A stretch of 64,000 nucleotides of DNA from Piromyces finnis finn (taxonomy: Eukaryota; Fungi; Neocallimastigomycota): assembly GCA_002104945.1 (NCBI GenBank), contig MCFH01000009.1, positions 558,001 to 622,000 of the forward strand. Direction: 5' to 3'. Made by a program: the position numbers and the translations under genes. Position 1 is the first letter of the stretch, and every line of letters begins with the position of its first letter. Shown piece after piece: positions 1-16,153 of this stretch. The notes beneath the pieces are model-generated. The model saw nothing but the letters and a program-made list of their open reading frames with translations. It was not told the origin of the DNA and searched no databases.

Positions 1-282
1 ATATTTAAAAACATAGATATAAACCTCTTTTTTAATAATAGCATTCATTGGAATTGGTTTATTCATAGGATCCTCCAACAATAAATCTATATTAGTATAT
101 TAATTTCATTTATTTTGTTAATATATTCCACTTTAAAAACATTAAATAAATAACATTAAAGTTAAATTCTGCCAACCTTTTCCATTTTTATCTGTTGGAA
201 GATGTCTTGCGACAAGAATAGTTTTAGGTTTGATATCATTATTATCTTCATTGTTATTTACAATTTCATTATTTGCTAACAT
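1..282 (-). CDS. 5' part of an unidentified multi-exon gene running off the window
   Basis: ATG at 282 after an A-run. Exon 282-177, GT-AG intron, exon 86-25, then a GT donor. Gives MLANNEIVNNNEDNNDIKPKTILVARHLPTDKNGKDLLLEDPMNKPIPMNAIIKKE in one frame. Family not recognised. Confidence 0.55.
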
Positions 283-1919
283 TTTTTTTTATTAAATTAA
301 TAATAAAAATAAAATATTATTTATAATTCAGAAGAAAACCTTAAGATTCTGAAATACGTAAAATTCTTTCTTATTTTTTTATTTTTTTTTTTTTTTTTGT
401 AAAAATTTAATGTGATTATTTAAAAGATAATAAGGTATTAATTAAATCGTCTATCTTTTATCCAAAACTGTCAAGATTAAAAACGAAAACAAGCAAACAA
501 ACTTGTAATATAAATATCAATTTAATTTTTGAAGTATCTTTATAACTTTATAAATTATTATTAATGATAAATATGTTTGTATCTTCACTAATATGGTTTA
601 TCAAATTTGTTTTTAATATGTTTAATCCTTTTAGATATACATTACTACTATTAAAGAAAATTATAGTAGAGTATATGATAAGTGCTATTCTTTTATTAAT
701 ATAAACATAAACAGCTTCTTTATTTGTATAATTTAATAAATAAATTTTAATTTTAATAATTGAATTTTAAATTTATGTTTTTTTTTTTTGTTTTTTTGTT
801 TTTATAACCAAAACTAAAAATTCTAATAAATTCTAATTATTATTTTTTTGAAAAAAATTCTCTTCATCATATTGGTTTTACAAGATTTAAAATACATAAA
901 ATGAATAAAATTTATTGCAAAAAAAAAAAATAAAAATAAGTATATACAATATTTTAATTTTATAGTAGATATATGAAAAATGAATAAAATATAAAGAAAT
1001 TAAACATTTAATTGTAAAATTAATAATACGAAATTATTTTATAGATTGTTCTAAACGATTATCTCATATATAAATAATATCTAGTGATATAATAATTTAA
1101 TTTTTTTTACTACTATTTAAGAATAGTCATTGTTAACTTACTAATAAAAAACTCTTTTAAGCAAACATAAAAAAAAAAAAAAAGACAATTTACTAAAAGA
1201 ATTTTTAGTTTGACATAGAATTAAAATACATACTAATGTTACTAGTATTTATATTATAATATTTATCAAATTGAATAAACTATCCATTCAAAAAAATAAT
1301 CAATTTAAAAAGGAAAAGGACATCCTTATTTAAAACCCCAATTGATGACAATTGATGGGTAACAAAATAATATTTTTTTTTTCTCAGTTGCAAAAGATAA
1401 TACGCAACACTTTTTTTCTTTCATATTTATTTTATTATTTATTATTTATTATTATTATTTTTTTTTTTTTTTTATTATTATTATTTTTATTTTCTTTATT
1501 ATTTAAAATATAATAATTATTTTTATTTATTCTAATTTATTTTTATTTTGCTTTTATATTATTTGCTGTATTTTAATGTTATTTTTTTAATTTACTTAAT
1601 ATAAATATATTTTATTCTCTATTTTTAATTTATTAATTCAATAATTTATTTATTTAATTTTTTTTTTTTTTTTTTTTTATTTTGAAAAAAAAAATATAAT
1701 AAAAGAAATAATATTACTATACTATTCTTAACTTTAATTATGATTATTTTTTTTCTATGATTTAATAAATTAAAGAATATTAATAAATGCTTTTAAAAAT
1801 AAATAATAAAATAGTAATAAATAAAAAATATATATAATGATTAAAAAAAATTATTTATATGAATTATAAATTGGTTAAAATGAAATTATTCGAAAAAAAA
1901 AATAAGAAAATCAGTATAT

Positions 1920-4900
1920 TTATTCATCATCAGAAGATTCGTAATCAGTACTATCTTCATCATCATTTTCTTCACTCTTTTGATTCTTATTAGCTAACTT
2001 CTTAGCCTTTTCATTAGCCATTTCTTGTTTCATAGCAGCTAATTGACCAGCTAATGAATCTTCTTCTGGTTCACTGATTTCATCTTCGAAAACGTGGTAT
2101 TTTGGAGCTGGAACAACAACGAGCTTTTTTTTTAGTAAAGTTAAAATTTTAATATACTTATTTTTTATATAATTTATTTTTTATTAAAGATTATATATTC
2201 GTTTATATTTACCTTAACTTCTTGAACAATATCAAAGCCTAAACTACAATCTGACTTAACATATAAAGTAATTGGGTAAGTACCAGTCTTTGGTGGAGTT
2301 TGGAAGGTAAAACGAAGAACCTTTTCATCATATAAATCATTAATCTTAGTTGGTGGAGTTAATGACTTATTAACTTGTGGGTTACCCATCATTAACCACC
2401 ATCCTGGTCTCTTTTCCTATATATTATTATCAATAAACAAATTAATATTTAATTTATGAAAAAAATGAAATTAGCAAAATACAAATAAAAACAAACCATC
2501 ATAAGATATGGAGCATAAACTGGATCATTTGGATTACTAGCATTGTCGAATAAAGTTCTCATCTTCTTCTTCTTTTCTTCTACTTCATCGATTTCAGTAT
2601 CAATAATTTCTTCACCTTCGACAGTTTCTGGATCATCATTTCTAATTTGACGTAACTTGATAAAACAAGTAACAAATACACCTGGGGCAATAGCAGCTTC
2701 ATCTTCTCTTTCACCTAAAACTGTTAATTTATTAATTTTATTAATAAGTATTTATATTTGTTATTCATATTTAATACATATTTTATTTAATAATAATATT
2801 TTAAAGAAATTTTGTCATTTACCCTTAAATTCAACATTTGTAACCTTAATTCTTGGGAAAGATTTAGCAACCTTAACAACTTCATTGTATTGTTCATCAT
2901 CTAAAGTACGTAATAAAGATCTTTAAAAATAATTATATTAATTATATTATTTTTACTAAAATAATCTAATTTTAATAATTATATTTACTTTCTGTCTTCT
3001 TCAGATAATTCTAATAAATCCTTGATAGTAGTTATACTACGCTAAAATTTATTAATATTAAAAATAATTATTCATTCAGTTCTTTTAATTTCACTTATAT
3101 TTATAAAATATCTTACCTTCTTGGTTTCACAGTGCTTTATAATTTCTGGAGTAATGTATGGAAGTTGGAATAAACCATTTTGATGTGGTGGAATTGCTTG
3201 AACAATTAACTATCATTTTGATAATGATAATAATAATAAATAAGTATTTAATTGATTTTAACACGAGCTATTTAAAAAATATAAAATGCTTTTTTATTAT
3301 TTTTACTTACTTGTCCTAATTCGATACAATTATTAGTAACATCAAGCCATGAATGAGCAACAGAAATTTGAAGAATACCCCCTAATAAACGTAAGGCAAA
3401 TTCGATAACAGATTCTTGTTCTATATTTTTTATTTAAATAAAATTATTAATTATTATAGGTTAAAATTTTTTGATTTTTTAAAGGAACTAAAAAAAATTA
3501 TTGAATATTACCTTCTTGAAGTTTTGCATTGTCAATTTGGACACGGTATAAATGAGCATTAAGTAAAAGAGCATTTCTGAAAGCACGTGGATTATCTTGA
3601 CGGTACTTCTTAGTTTTATCCCAACGGTCAGAAGAAAAGTTTGACATAGATAATTTAACCTTATCATTTAACTAATGTATTACATTTTGAAATAACTTTT
3701 TAGTATTTCATCATTATAAAATTTATGAATTAATATTTCAAAAATTTTGTTTAAATTTATTACTTCAGTTAAAGCTTGTTCAATTGAGGTGACACCCATG
3801 TTAGCGTTTTGAATTTTATTACATTCATATTCTGGAGAGTTTGCGATAATATCCAATAAACCTTTTTTTATATAGTATGAATAAATAAATTTATAAAATT
3901 AAAAATTAATAACGATGCTTTTCATTAAATGTTTTTACTATTAATAATACATGTATTTATAGCGTACCATTGATTGAGGTCTTTTCCTTAACTTCATGAT
4001 AGAACTTAGCCATAGTGGTTTGAAGAAGTTTATCTCTGGTGTAAGATTTGGAATTTTTCCACCATTTGTGCTAATTTTATTTTAGAAAATATTTTAATTA
4101 TTATATTATTTTTATATATAATAATAATAATACATATTTAATGAATTAAATACTCACAACTAATATTGGTAAAGCGATAGCAAAAACTGAAGAGTATAAA
4201 ACTAAAACAATGAAAGAATTCTTGGATTCAGCAAGCCAAGCTGGAAGAGCAATACCTAAACTAAATGCTAATTTTCACAATATTCAAAATAATTTTTTTT
4301 AGTATTTGTTCTGCTATATTTATTTGATTTTAAAAACTTATTACATTGTTTTCCATCTGGATGACCATATTCTTCAAAGTTTCTTCTAGCTTCATCATCT
4401 GTAAGACTATATTTGTCATTAAAATTAATAAATTAGTGTTTTTGGATAATAAAAAATATTAGTAAAGTTTTTTCATATATATTACACTTTGTAAGCTTTA
4501 GTAATTTCAATCCAACGGTCTTCAGCAGCAGCTCTGTCCTTTTCTTCGACCTTATCTGGGTGACTTTATATTATTAAATAATATAGTTTTAATTTTTTAT
4601 TTTAAATTTTATTGATAATTTTTATAAATATATAATTTATTAAAATATAATATTACTATTTAAGACCAAGCATCTTATATTGTTTCTTAATTTGGGCTGG
4701 AGTGGAAGACTAATTATGTATATAATAATACAATTTAATATATTATTAATAGTTATTTAATTTTTTCTATAAATTTAATTTTAATTATACATATTTATAT
4801 TACTCTTTTAATATCCATGATTTGATATGGATCCCATTCAACATAATCAGCTGGTGTGTGAATAACCTTGACAACAAGTAAACCAACTAAAACCCAACCT

Positions 4901-5277
4901 AAAATTAAGAAAACAAATCTTATATTATTTTATAAATATTTAGATATTTAGAAATCCTCATATAATAAAATTAAATATTCTATTAAATTAAAAATATACT
5001 TTAAATTAGAAGAATTTCCCTTCTTCTTAGCATTTAATCTAGCCTTTTTTTTATCATTTAATAAAAGCTCTGATTTAACTGATTTTTCCTTTTTGCCTTT
5101 AGAAATTAACAATTAAAAAATTTTAGTTTTTTAATAATTATATTAAATACAATATTTTTATTTTATTTTACCGAGTGACTTTATAGTGTGAATAGTGAAT
5201 GGAACAAGAACAAGAATTAAAAGTGATAATATAAAGTAGCTAAAATTAGCTCCTGTTTCATCGTATTCGTATTTCAT
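1920..5277 (-). CDS. SEC63: ER translocon J-domain subunit Sec63 (multi-exon)
   Basis: N-terminus MKYEYDETGANFSYFILSLLILVLVPF. J-domain with HPDK, then EEYGHPDGKQSFSLGIALPAWL. Sec63/Brl region and acidic tail ...STDYESSDDE*. All intron phases consistent. Confidence 0.95.
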
Positions 5278-7834
5278 TTTTATATTTTATTTATCTTTTA
5301 CTGTAAATATTATAATCTATTATGTTATTATTTGATAATTTATATTTTATTTTTAATAAACAAATAATTAATTAATCATCTTTAATATTTATTTAATAAT
5401 CAATTTTATTTACTTTCAATATTAATAAATAGAAAATTTTAATATTTATTTTTTATTTTCATTATTTTTTTTTATTTATTGTTATTTTATTTATTTTTAA
5501 TGTTTATTGTTATTATTTTGACTTTTTTTTGTGTTTATTTTTTATATGTTTTCTCTTAATTTACAAACAATTTATTATTATTATTATTATTATTATTAGA
5601 AAATAAATCTATTAAAATATATCATATTTTCATCTTTACATAATTTACTTCGATATATGTATTTTGTATTTTTTTTTTTTTTTATTTTAATGACCATTTT
5701 ATTTTATCTATATTTATTTATCCATCTATTTAGCTATTTTTTTTTCAATGTAATATTATTATTTTTTGTTTTTATTACATATATATATATATTTCAATAT
5801 TTACTTTTCTCTTTATTTATCGTGTTATTAAAATAAATATTTCTTATAGCTTATTTTGTTTTTATTTTTATTATTTTTTACTTTTATATTTATTTTTGTT
5901 AATTTATACTTATTAAGTATTTTTTATTTCTTTTTTTTTTTTACTTTTTTTTTTTTTTTTTTGCTTTCGTTTTATCTTTTTTTATATCTTTTTAGACTAA
6001 AATAAGTAAAAAGAAAGTATTTTAATTATTCTTCTAATTTAAAAAGAATAAGTAATTTATTAAAATTTTTTTAGTTATTTAAAAAAAACAAAAAAAAAAA
6101 AATAAAAGAATGAAAGAATAAAATTATTTATATTGATATTTATATTAATACTGATATATTAATATTAATAATTTTTTAATAATTTTTTAATAAATATAAA
6201 TAGATATTAATTTATATTGTAATATATTGTTACATAGTTAATTATTACTATAATTATTAGTAAATTATTTCTACCACTAAATCATTACCAGCTATATGCA
6301 ATAACTGTACTTTAATATTCTATCTATACCACATTTTATATAGCTTTATTATTTATATTTATTTATTTTTTCAATATTTTATATTTATTATAACTCTTTT
6401 ATTCTTTTTATTAATAATGATTATTCCTTTTTTATAAAATAATGAATAAATTAATTTTTGATATATGGAATTATTTATTGTAAGTTGTTTATATTCATTA
6501 AATTTAATATATAACATAAAAAATCTCAATTTTAAAAAAAAAATAGCAAAAAACGGAATATTATTATATCTGTTTATTTTATTCTATATAAAAAAACATA
6601 TAAAATACTTTTTTCTAACAGAGTAGGACGACAAGTAGTCCTTTAATGTCAATATTCTTATATAATATATATAATAATTTCCTTAATCGCAACATAAAGC
6701 CTAACCTTGTATTTTAATATACTAAAAACTTAATATTGATCAACCAATAAAATAAATGTATATATAATTAAACTATTTGATTAATTTTTTTATATTCATA
6801 TTTGAAATAATATAATCTTTATTAGCCAATAGTATAAACTTAATATATTATAAGTACTTTCTACATAATATTTCTTAAAACTGGTGCTGTAGTTTAGGGT
6901 ATATGTATAATATATAATAATATACAATTATTAATATTGTATATTTATTATCTATTTATTTACACTAATTAAAAATTAACAAGCAATATAAATAAAAAAC
7001 TATGTTAATACAACATGCTATTTTATTAATATTGTATTTATAGTATTATTAATAAACTATTTAATAGTGAATGAATAGTTAATATTCCACATTCAATTAT
7101 GAATTATTACATTTTATTTTATACATTTAACTAATAAATTTTTGTTAATGAATAACCAACTTTATTAGTTTTATAAAAATAATTTATACCATATTTTCAG
7201 TCATTTATAAATAATATTTTAAATATTTTTATACACAAAATACAAATATGAATATTTCTCCTAATATTATTTTATTAAATGTTAAATATTAAATAAAAAA
7301 TAATTAAATTTTCATATTCATTCTATAAAGATATCTTAAAATAAAAATAGTTTACAATGTATAATAATTATCATTAGAAGTTTAGTAAATAATATAATAA
7401 ATAATATATATGATGTATTATACATTATAAATCGGTAATTATTATATATTATAATTATTACACATTAATATTAATGATGCAAATTTGTACTTTGTAATTA
7501 TAAAATTTATGTGATTATTGTTATTTGGATATAATTATTATACATAAATGCTTAATTGCTTTATTATTTTTTCATCTTTAAAATAATAAAATGATAGAAA
7601 AAAAATAAATCAAATAATTCTATTATTGATTTTAATTAAAAATTTAGATTACTTGATTATTCATTAATTTGATAATTTAGTGTTGTCTAACTAAGAAATC
7701 ATTTTATCAAATGTTTGATTTAATCTGATTTCTTATTAATATACAGAAAACAAACACTTTTAATTAATTTTTTTTTTAAAAAAAAATAAATAAACATATG
7801 GTTTAGTATTAATTAATTTTTTTTTTAGTCATAT

Positions 7835-8017
7835 TTAATTATTTTTTATTCCAATTCTACTTTTGACTGACAATTTTTTTCTTTCCAATTTTTCTTGCTT
7901 TTCTTGTTTTTTCAACAATTCAGCTTGCTCTTTTAATTTATTTATTTCTTTTAATTGTTCATATTCTGTAATATCCTCAGCTTTTAATAAAATAGCTGTA
8001 GGCTTTTGCTTCATCAT
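7835..8017 (-). CDS. CDC26: APC/C subunit Cdc26-like small protein
   Basis: MMKQKPTAILLKAEDITEYEQLKE resembles the Cdc26 N-terminal motif ([20 protein letters not shown]). Charged coil and C-terminal RIG; 60 aa. Confidence 0.65.
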   Translation of the reverse strand: MMKQKPTAILLKAEDITEYEQLKEINKLKEQAELLKKQEKQEKLERKKLSVKSRIGIKNN

Positions 8018-9799
8018 TTTTAGAAATAATAATTTATTATTAGTAACAGATTATGATTTTACAAAAGAAAAAGAAAATTTTATTTTAAAAAGGAATATTA
8101 ATGAATAAAATGAAATAAATGTATTCATTTGTAGTGGCGTATGGTAATATTAAAATAATAAAAAATATTATAATTTGTACTACAGAATACTATTTCTTTA
8201 TATGTGGCGTATTACTATTTATAATAATATTATCCATATTTATATATATTATTTTTATTTAATTAATTTTTATCATTATTAAAGATTAGTACTACTTTGA
8301 TTTTTTTTTTTTTTATGAAATTTAAACCTTTTAAATTAAAATAAAGTATTAATAGTCAGTATTTCATTATAGCATTTTAAAGTAATTTCTTGATTTCTTT
8401 CTTTATTATTATTATATATTAAAATTAGAATAATTCATTTTGAATTTAAAAACAATAAATTATGTATTAAACATATACTATTTTTCAATATACTAATTTT
8501 TTAATCTAATAACATAATTAGTTATTCAATTCTTTTCTGGTTTTCTAGATGATACAAAACTTATAATTTTTTATATTTGTTTATTTAATTTAATACATTT
8601 TATTTTAAATATAATTAATAATAAGTTTTTTTTAAAAAAAGGTTTAAATAGGAATAGTTTAACAATTAGTCCTATTAACATTTGTTGTTATTTTTGATAC
8701 ATCAAAAAAATAAAAAAGTAAATTTTATTTATTATAAAAAAATAATTATATTTAATGAAAATTTTTTTTAATAAATTCAAAAATTAAAAAATATATATAA
8801 ATTAAATACATAAAATTCATTTTTATTTATATCAAATAAAATAAAAATTTTATGATTTTTCTTTTTGTTCATTTTTTTTTTTTTTTTTAATATTTTATTT
8901 TTTAAGAAGTATTTAACCTATTTTATTTCTAATAACGCAAAAAATAATTATAGCTTATTAAATATATTTTAAATTTTAAAAAATATATAGTATATATATA
9001 TATATTAATATATACATACATAATGCTTTTAGATATTAATTATTGTAAGTTGTAATAACAGGAATATTTATTAAATTTAACAATAAAATTGTTTTATTTT
9101 TGATAAAAGAAATAAATGTTAAAAAATAATAAGAAAATTGAATATAATATTTTAAAAATTATATTTTTATTTATATTGTTTATAATGATAATAATATTTG
9201 TAAAGATTAAATTTAAAGGTACTCATCAATAAATAAATTATTATTATTATTACTATTATTATAATAATAATAGTAATAATAATGTATAGTAAATAAATAT
9301 TAATATCAATAATATTAATAATAGTAATAATGAAATATTTTGACTAAGAAAAACAAAAATAATGTATTAAATTATTCAAATAAGAAAAAATTAATTATTA
9401 TTTTTTTTTTTAGAATTAAATTATTGGTAATATTAATAATTTGAACAAAGAAAGTTATATTTAAATGAATAATACATTTTAGTAGCTATTTCTATAATAG
9501 AAATTTTGTTTGAAATTAAATAAAGATTTTAAGAATAAATTAAAACATTCAATTTATAGTGTTAAAAGAATATAAATAGAATATATTTATTATTTATTAT
9601 TATATATTTATTAATTTGAGTTATATTAATTATATTAACATTCTATTTTTAAAAATTATTTTATGCTGTTTTTATATTTCTAATACAAATTTAAAAGCTG
9701 AAACTTATTTTTAACCATTTAAATATAATTCAATAATTTAAAAATATTTAAGTTAAAAAATATATTAGCTCTATATACGTTTAAGATATTTCATAAAAA

Positions 9800-12700
9800 A
9801 TGTACAATAATACACCAAAGTTACCACCAATAAACCAACCAGACCATATTTCACAAAATAAATTACCACCAGCAAAAGAATTACTTCGTAATGATAATTT
9901 AAATATGTCAACACCTCCATCCCATAATTTATTTTCATATAATCAAACAGATTCCATGGATAAACCAAATCAAAGAAATGATCTGCCTTCTCATCCAATA
10001 AATAAAATGCCAATGCATAATATGCCAGGAAAACAAATTTCACATTCAATGCCAATTCATGTACAGAAAACACAAAATAAACCAGTATCAAATATTCAGT
10101 CTCAAATGCCTAATCAAAATCCAATTCTTTCACCAAATCAAATGGGAAATATTCAATCACCAATGCAACAACAAATGTCCCTAATTCCTAGTCAATCAAA
10201 TTCTAATATTAATTCTACAGCTCAAAATTCATCGTCATCATCATCATCAATGCAACAACAACCACCTTCTTCACAACCACCGTCTTCTCAACCATCAATG
10301 CAAAACAATCAATATAATTATAATCAACCACCTCCATCAAATATGGCAAACAATCAACTTAATCAAAACGCTATTAATCAAAAAGGTTTAAAGCATAGAC
10401 AAAAGCCAAAACCAAAACCAAAAATCAAAGGTAATCCTCCAAACATTCAACCGATGCAACCACTTCAACCAGCTCCCTCACAGAATCATTCAATTAATCC
10501 TAATATATTGTCAAACATTCAGCAAGGACAAAATATGACTAATATACCGTTACCACCACAAAATAATTCAATGGGAACTATTATTAATGGAAGAAACCCT
10601 ATGCCACCAATGAATAATGCCTCAAATAGTTCTATAGCAACTTCTACAAATCAATCTATACCATTGTCTCGAGGAAATAATAATTCAAATAATAATGGTC
10701 CTATGAATCAAAATTATCCAAATTCAGCACCTCCTATGAATGGTTTACTACCTTCTCATAATAGACCACAACAAATGCCAAATAATGATATTAATATAAA
10801 CAATTCTCAAAATAATGATTATCGTCCATTAAATGTAAAAGATGCATTAGTTTATCTTGATCAGGTGAAAGAACAATTTAATAATTCACCACAAGTTTAT
10901 AATCAATTTTTAGATATTATGAAAGAATTTAAATCTGAAAAGTAAGTATTTTTTATTTTAAATCAATTTTTTTTTGTTATATTAATTCTTAAGAATACTT
11001 ATATCTAAATTATTAATTTATTTTTTCAAAAATTAAAAAGTCTTTCAACTCCTGGTGTAATAGAACGTGTATCAACATTATTTAAAGACCATCCAAATCT
11101 TATTATAGGATTTAATACTTTTTTACCTCCAGGGTATCGTATTGAGCCACCTGCAAACGGACAAGAAACAGTAAAAGTTATTACACCAAATAATCAAATG
11201 AATATGCAACCAAATCATATGATGATGAATATGAATCCACAACAATCTATGCAAAATAATAATCAACAACCACAAAATCAAATTCAATTTTATAACAATA
11301 ATAACAATGATAATAATCAACAGAACTTCAATTCAAGTATGTATCTAAAAAAAAAATAGAATACTAATAATTGTAATAATATAAATGATTTGTATAAATT
11401 ATTTTGATTGCATACTAATATTTAATAATCCTTTAAAAATTATTAAAAATTATAAAAAAAGATGATCAAAACATGAAAATGATGCCATCCACAGGAAATT
11501 CTTTCAATAACAGTAATAATATGAATTTGAATAAACAAAAATCACCATTAAATTCTCAAAGACGTAGTCTTCCTAATATTATGCCAATGAATAATAATAT
11601 GCAACAACCAATGCCATATAATAATAATATGATGAATAACAGTAATATTAATAACAATAATAACAACAATAATAGAGATATGCCTTACAGTAACCGTAAA
11701 AGAGCACCGGTTGAATTTAATCACGCAATTAATTTTGTTAATAAGATCAAAGTAATTATATATTAGTATTTTATTAAATAATATTATGAACTGTTTGAAT
11801 ATTAAGAAAAATATTTTTTAATAAATATAATGTATACAATTTAATAGACTCGCTTTATTAACGAACCAGGAAAGTATAAGCAATTTTTAGAAATTCTTCA
11901 AATTTATCAAAAAGAACAGAAACCAATTCAAGAAGTAAATAATATTATATATATTTTATATATTAATATTGATTTAGAAAATTTTTATTAATTAGAAATT
12001 TTAAATTTTAAGGTCTATTCACAAGTTCAGGTGCTATTCCAAAATGAATTAGATTTATTAGAAGAATTTAAGAATTTCTTACCCGATAGTACACAAGCAT
12101 CTATTATTACTAATAACAATAACATTATAAATAAACAAATGAGACCGATTCAAGCCAAAATGCAATCAAATCCAAGTAATAGTAACTATCTTTTTTTTTT
12201 ATTTTAGTTTATTAAAATTTATAAATTATTTGTAAATAAATTTTAATAATATATACTATATATATTTATCTATATTTTTCCATATAAAGGAAATATAATT
12301 CAAAATAATGAAAATATTAATAATAATATGCAAATAAATAATAATTATCAACAATCACATCAACAAATATATCAAAATTCAATAAATATGCACCCTTCTC
12401 AAAAGCCAATGTACCAAATGGATAATAATATACCAAATAATCAAAATATGCAACAAAACATGAATATGCCAATACAAAATCAAATTCAACCACAACCAAA
12501 TGATATTCAAAATCATAATAAAAGACAAGGCCCTTATCAAATAAATCAAATAAAGCCTCATAAAAGAGCTTTACAACCAAGTAATAATAACAATATCAAT
12601 AATAATAACAATATGCAATTTAGTAATAAAAACCAAAATATGCAATATTCTTCTCATCCTCCAAATAAGGTTATTATAAATGATTAATATCATTTAAATT

Positions 12701-15700
12701 AAACATTTAGTATATTATTATTTAATAGTTTAATAATGATCAGTTGAAATACTATAGAAAATATTAATCAATTTTTATTTATCATATATATTAATTTAAA
12801 TATAATATATTAGAAATATAAAATATCAAAAGATGAAAAACAAAATTCTTCTGAGGATATGGTCTTTTTTAATAAAGCAAGACAAGTAATTGGAAATAAA
12901 GCAGATTACGATAAATTTTTACAGGTATTAAATCAATTTAGTCAGGAAATAATAAATTCAAAAACATTAGTTGAAAAGGTTGGACCATATTTAGGTCGCT
13001 CGCCTGAACTGTTTAAATGGTTTAAAAGCTTTATTAAATATAATGATGAGGAAACAATATGTAAGTTACAATCGTTTTTATTTATATAATATAGGTTGAA
13101 TTAGATTTTAATATTAACCTATAAAAAAATATTAAATTTAATAAAGCAAATATTCCTGCAGTTAAATCAATCAACGATGAAAATAATACATATGAATTTG
13201 TTGGCAAAAGTTATTATAAAGCACCAGAAAAAGTATTATCCTATCTTATAAAAATTATCAAATAATTATAAAATCTCTTATGCCATTTCCAAAAAATTAA
13301 ATTAAAATTTATTATATATAAAATATTCTAGTTATCAAGTTTAAAATGTTCTGGTAGAGATGAATTATGTAATTCTGTTTTAAATGATAAATATACCTCA
13401 AGATCAATTTCTATTAATGGTAAAACACCAAACTTTATACCAATTAACATTTTTGATGAAGTCTTATATAATTGTGAAGAAGAAAGATATAAATTTGATT
13501 ATAATCTTTCAATTTGCCGTCATGCCATTGAAATATTTGAATTAATGGGAATTAAACTCTCTAATTTGCCAAATGAAGAAAAAGAAAGATTTAAATTTTT
13601 CAATTCCATAAATGGTTAGTATTATAAGGACTAAAATAAAAATTATTTCATTATAATTATATAATTACATAAAATATGAAATTAATATTTGTTTTTATTA
13701 TTATTATTTAAAAGAAACATCTAGAATCATTTGTAGAAAAGCTATTAAAAAACTGTATACAAAGGAATATGAAAATGATATTGTTAATGCTGTTAATGAA
13801 AATCCAAATGTTGCAATTCCATTATTATTAAAAAGATTGAGACAAAAAGAAGACGAATGGTCTCATTTTCAAGTAAGACCTATTTAATATCAAATTAATA
13901 ATAATTATGTATAATAATTTTGATATTTAAAAGTAGTATTAAATTATATCTAATTTTTTTTTTTTTTTTATTTTATTTATAGCGTGAGTGGAACAAATTA
14001 TGGTGTCAAATTAATAAAAATAATATTAATAGGGCCCTTGATCATTTAGCATCATCATATAAAATAAATGAAAAACTTAATCTTAATAATCAAATATTTA
14101 TAAACCAAATTGAAAAATTGTATAAAGAAGGACTTGTTCATCACCATACAGAAGATTTTACAATGGATGAAGAATCGTATGATGATAATAAAAAGTATCA
14201 TTACAGTTTAAAATTTTTGGATAGTAATGTATTGCAAGATTTGCATATTTTAATAAGACAATATCTTAAGGCTGAGAATATTAATAATGAAGATTATAAC
14301 AAAGTAGAAAATTTCTTTGAGAAATTCTTATCTGAATTTTTCTCTGAAACATTCGATATATCTGCAGAAGAAGATATTGAAATTGATAGAATGCTAAGAA
14401 AAGAACTTAATCCATCAGAAGTTGCAGCCATGGGAATTAATGAAAGTAATGGAAAAAGCGTAATTAAAGCTTTCCATAAAATTGGTGAGAATGATAAAAA
14501 TGAAGCAAACACAACATTTACACAAAATGTTGAACCAACAAATAATTCAGTTTCTGTATCTATTACTACTAGAGAAACAGAGAATGGCGGTATCACTACC
14601 ACATATTATCATACAAATAAGAATCTAGCATTAAATATTGAAGTGGAAAGTAGTCAAAGTGAAATGGATATTGATAATTCATCCTTCATTGGCTCAAAGA
14701 ATGAAGATATAGTGAATGCTAAGAAGAAGAGAAATGAACGTAATATGGATGTAGAAGATTGGAGAAGACGTGCTCGTATTGGACATATTCAGCATCAAAA
14801 TGAAAGCTATATATTTTATGCTGATAGTCACTTTTATTGTTTCTTTAGATTATTACATGTAGGCTTTCACATAATAATTTATTCACAATTTTATAATTAT
14901 TAATATTTATATTTGTATAAAAATTTTTTATAATAGGTTCTATACAGAAGATTAATGCATGTGAAAGAAATTTCCTTATTAAAAATAAAAAATCCATCAA
15001 GTATTAAAAAATATCCAGGTATATAGCCTATCTTAACCTTATATATATTCAAATATTTAATCTAATTATTGATAATTATTATTTACCTTTTTACTTTAAT
15101 ATATTTTATAACATATACTTGATATATATTCACAAAAAAAAAAAAAAAAAAAAAAATAAAAATAAAAAAATAAAAAAATAAAAATTATATTTTAATTTTA
15201 ATTAGATATTTATAAAGACAAACTTCAATTAATTATGAAATTAATTGACAAAAAATGTACCCAACTAAAATTTGAAGAAGAATCTAAAAAACTTCTTGGA
15301 AATGAAGCATACAAATTATTTACAATAAATAAAATTATAGCTAAGACTGTAGAGGAAATTGATTTTATACTTAAAAGTGATAAAACTGAGGAATTACTTA
15401 ATATTTCAAGAAAATATCATCAACTTGCAAAAGATGGTGATCCTAAAACAATTAATGAAGAATACTTTAAATATTTATTAGAGGTTAATAATCTATTAAA
15501 TGCCTCACAGATTTATAAAATGGAATACGTAAGAACAAAAATATTTATAAATATTATTAAATAAATTAAAATAATAATTAAAAATAAAATTATATAAAAA
15601 TCTAGAATACATCAAAGAAAATGTTAAAAATCAAATTAATAAAAGCAAATGATATTGTTAATATGAAAAACATATCTATTCAATTACATAAATGGAAAGA

Positions 15701-16153
15701 TTTTATAAAATCATTCTGTTTATTACAAGTTGATAATAATGAAATTCTTAAATCAAAGAAAATAAGGACTCCATATATGAAAAGGTAAACTTATTAAAGT
15801 ATAAAATAGAATAAAAATAAATAAATAGAATAATATATATATAGCAGTAATTAATTATTTGATACTAATATTAAATATTCCTGAATATTAATAATCAAAG
15901 AAATTTAAAATCCAACCTGGAATATGTAAATAAACAACAATTCCCTGAATATTCAATATATAAGTCCGGGTTAAAGTTTTTAATTTGTCCGAAGAATTAT
16001 CAAATTAAATATGTTATGAATTCTGAAGATTATTATATAAAATATGGATCTAAAGTCGAAAATCTTCAGAAAAAAGAAGAAATTATAAAAAAAATGAAGA
16101 AAAAGAAGTTTTTGGATTGGTTGGATACCAAGGCTATTCAAAATCCAAAATAA
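9800..16153 (+). CDS. SIN3: Sin3-family paired amphipathic helix corepressor (multi-exon), divergent HDAC-interaction domain
   Basis: PAH1 [29 protein letters not shown]2 [17 protein letters not shown]3 [15 protein letters not shown]-like [14 protein letters not shown] and [10 protein letters not shown]. Sin3_C-like [14 protein letters not shown]. Stop at 16151-16153. Confidence 0.9.
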
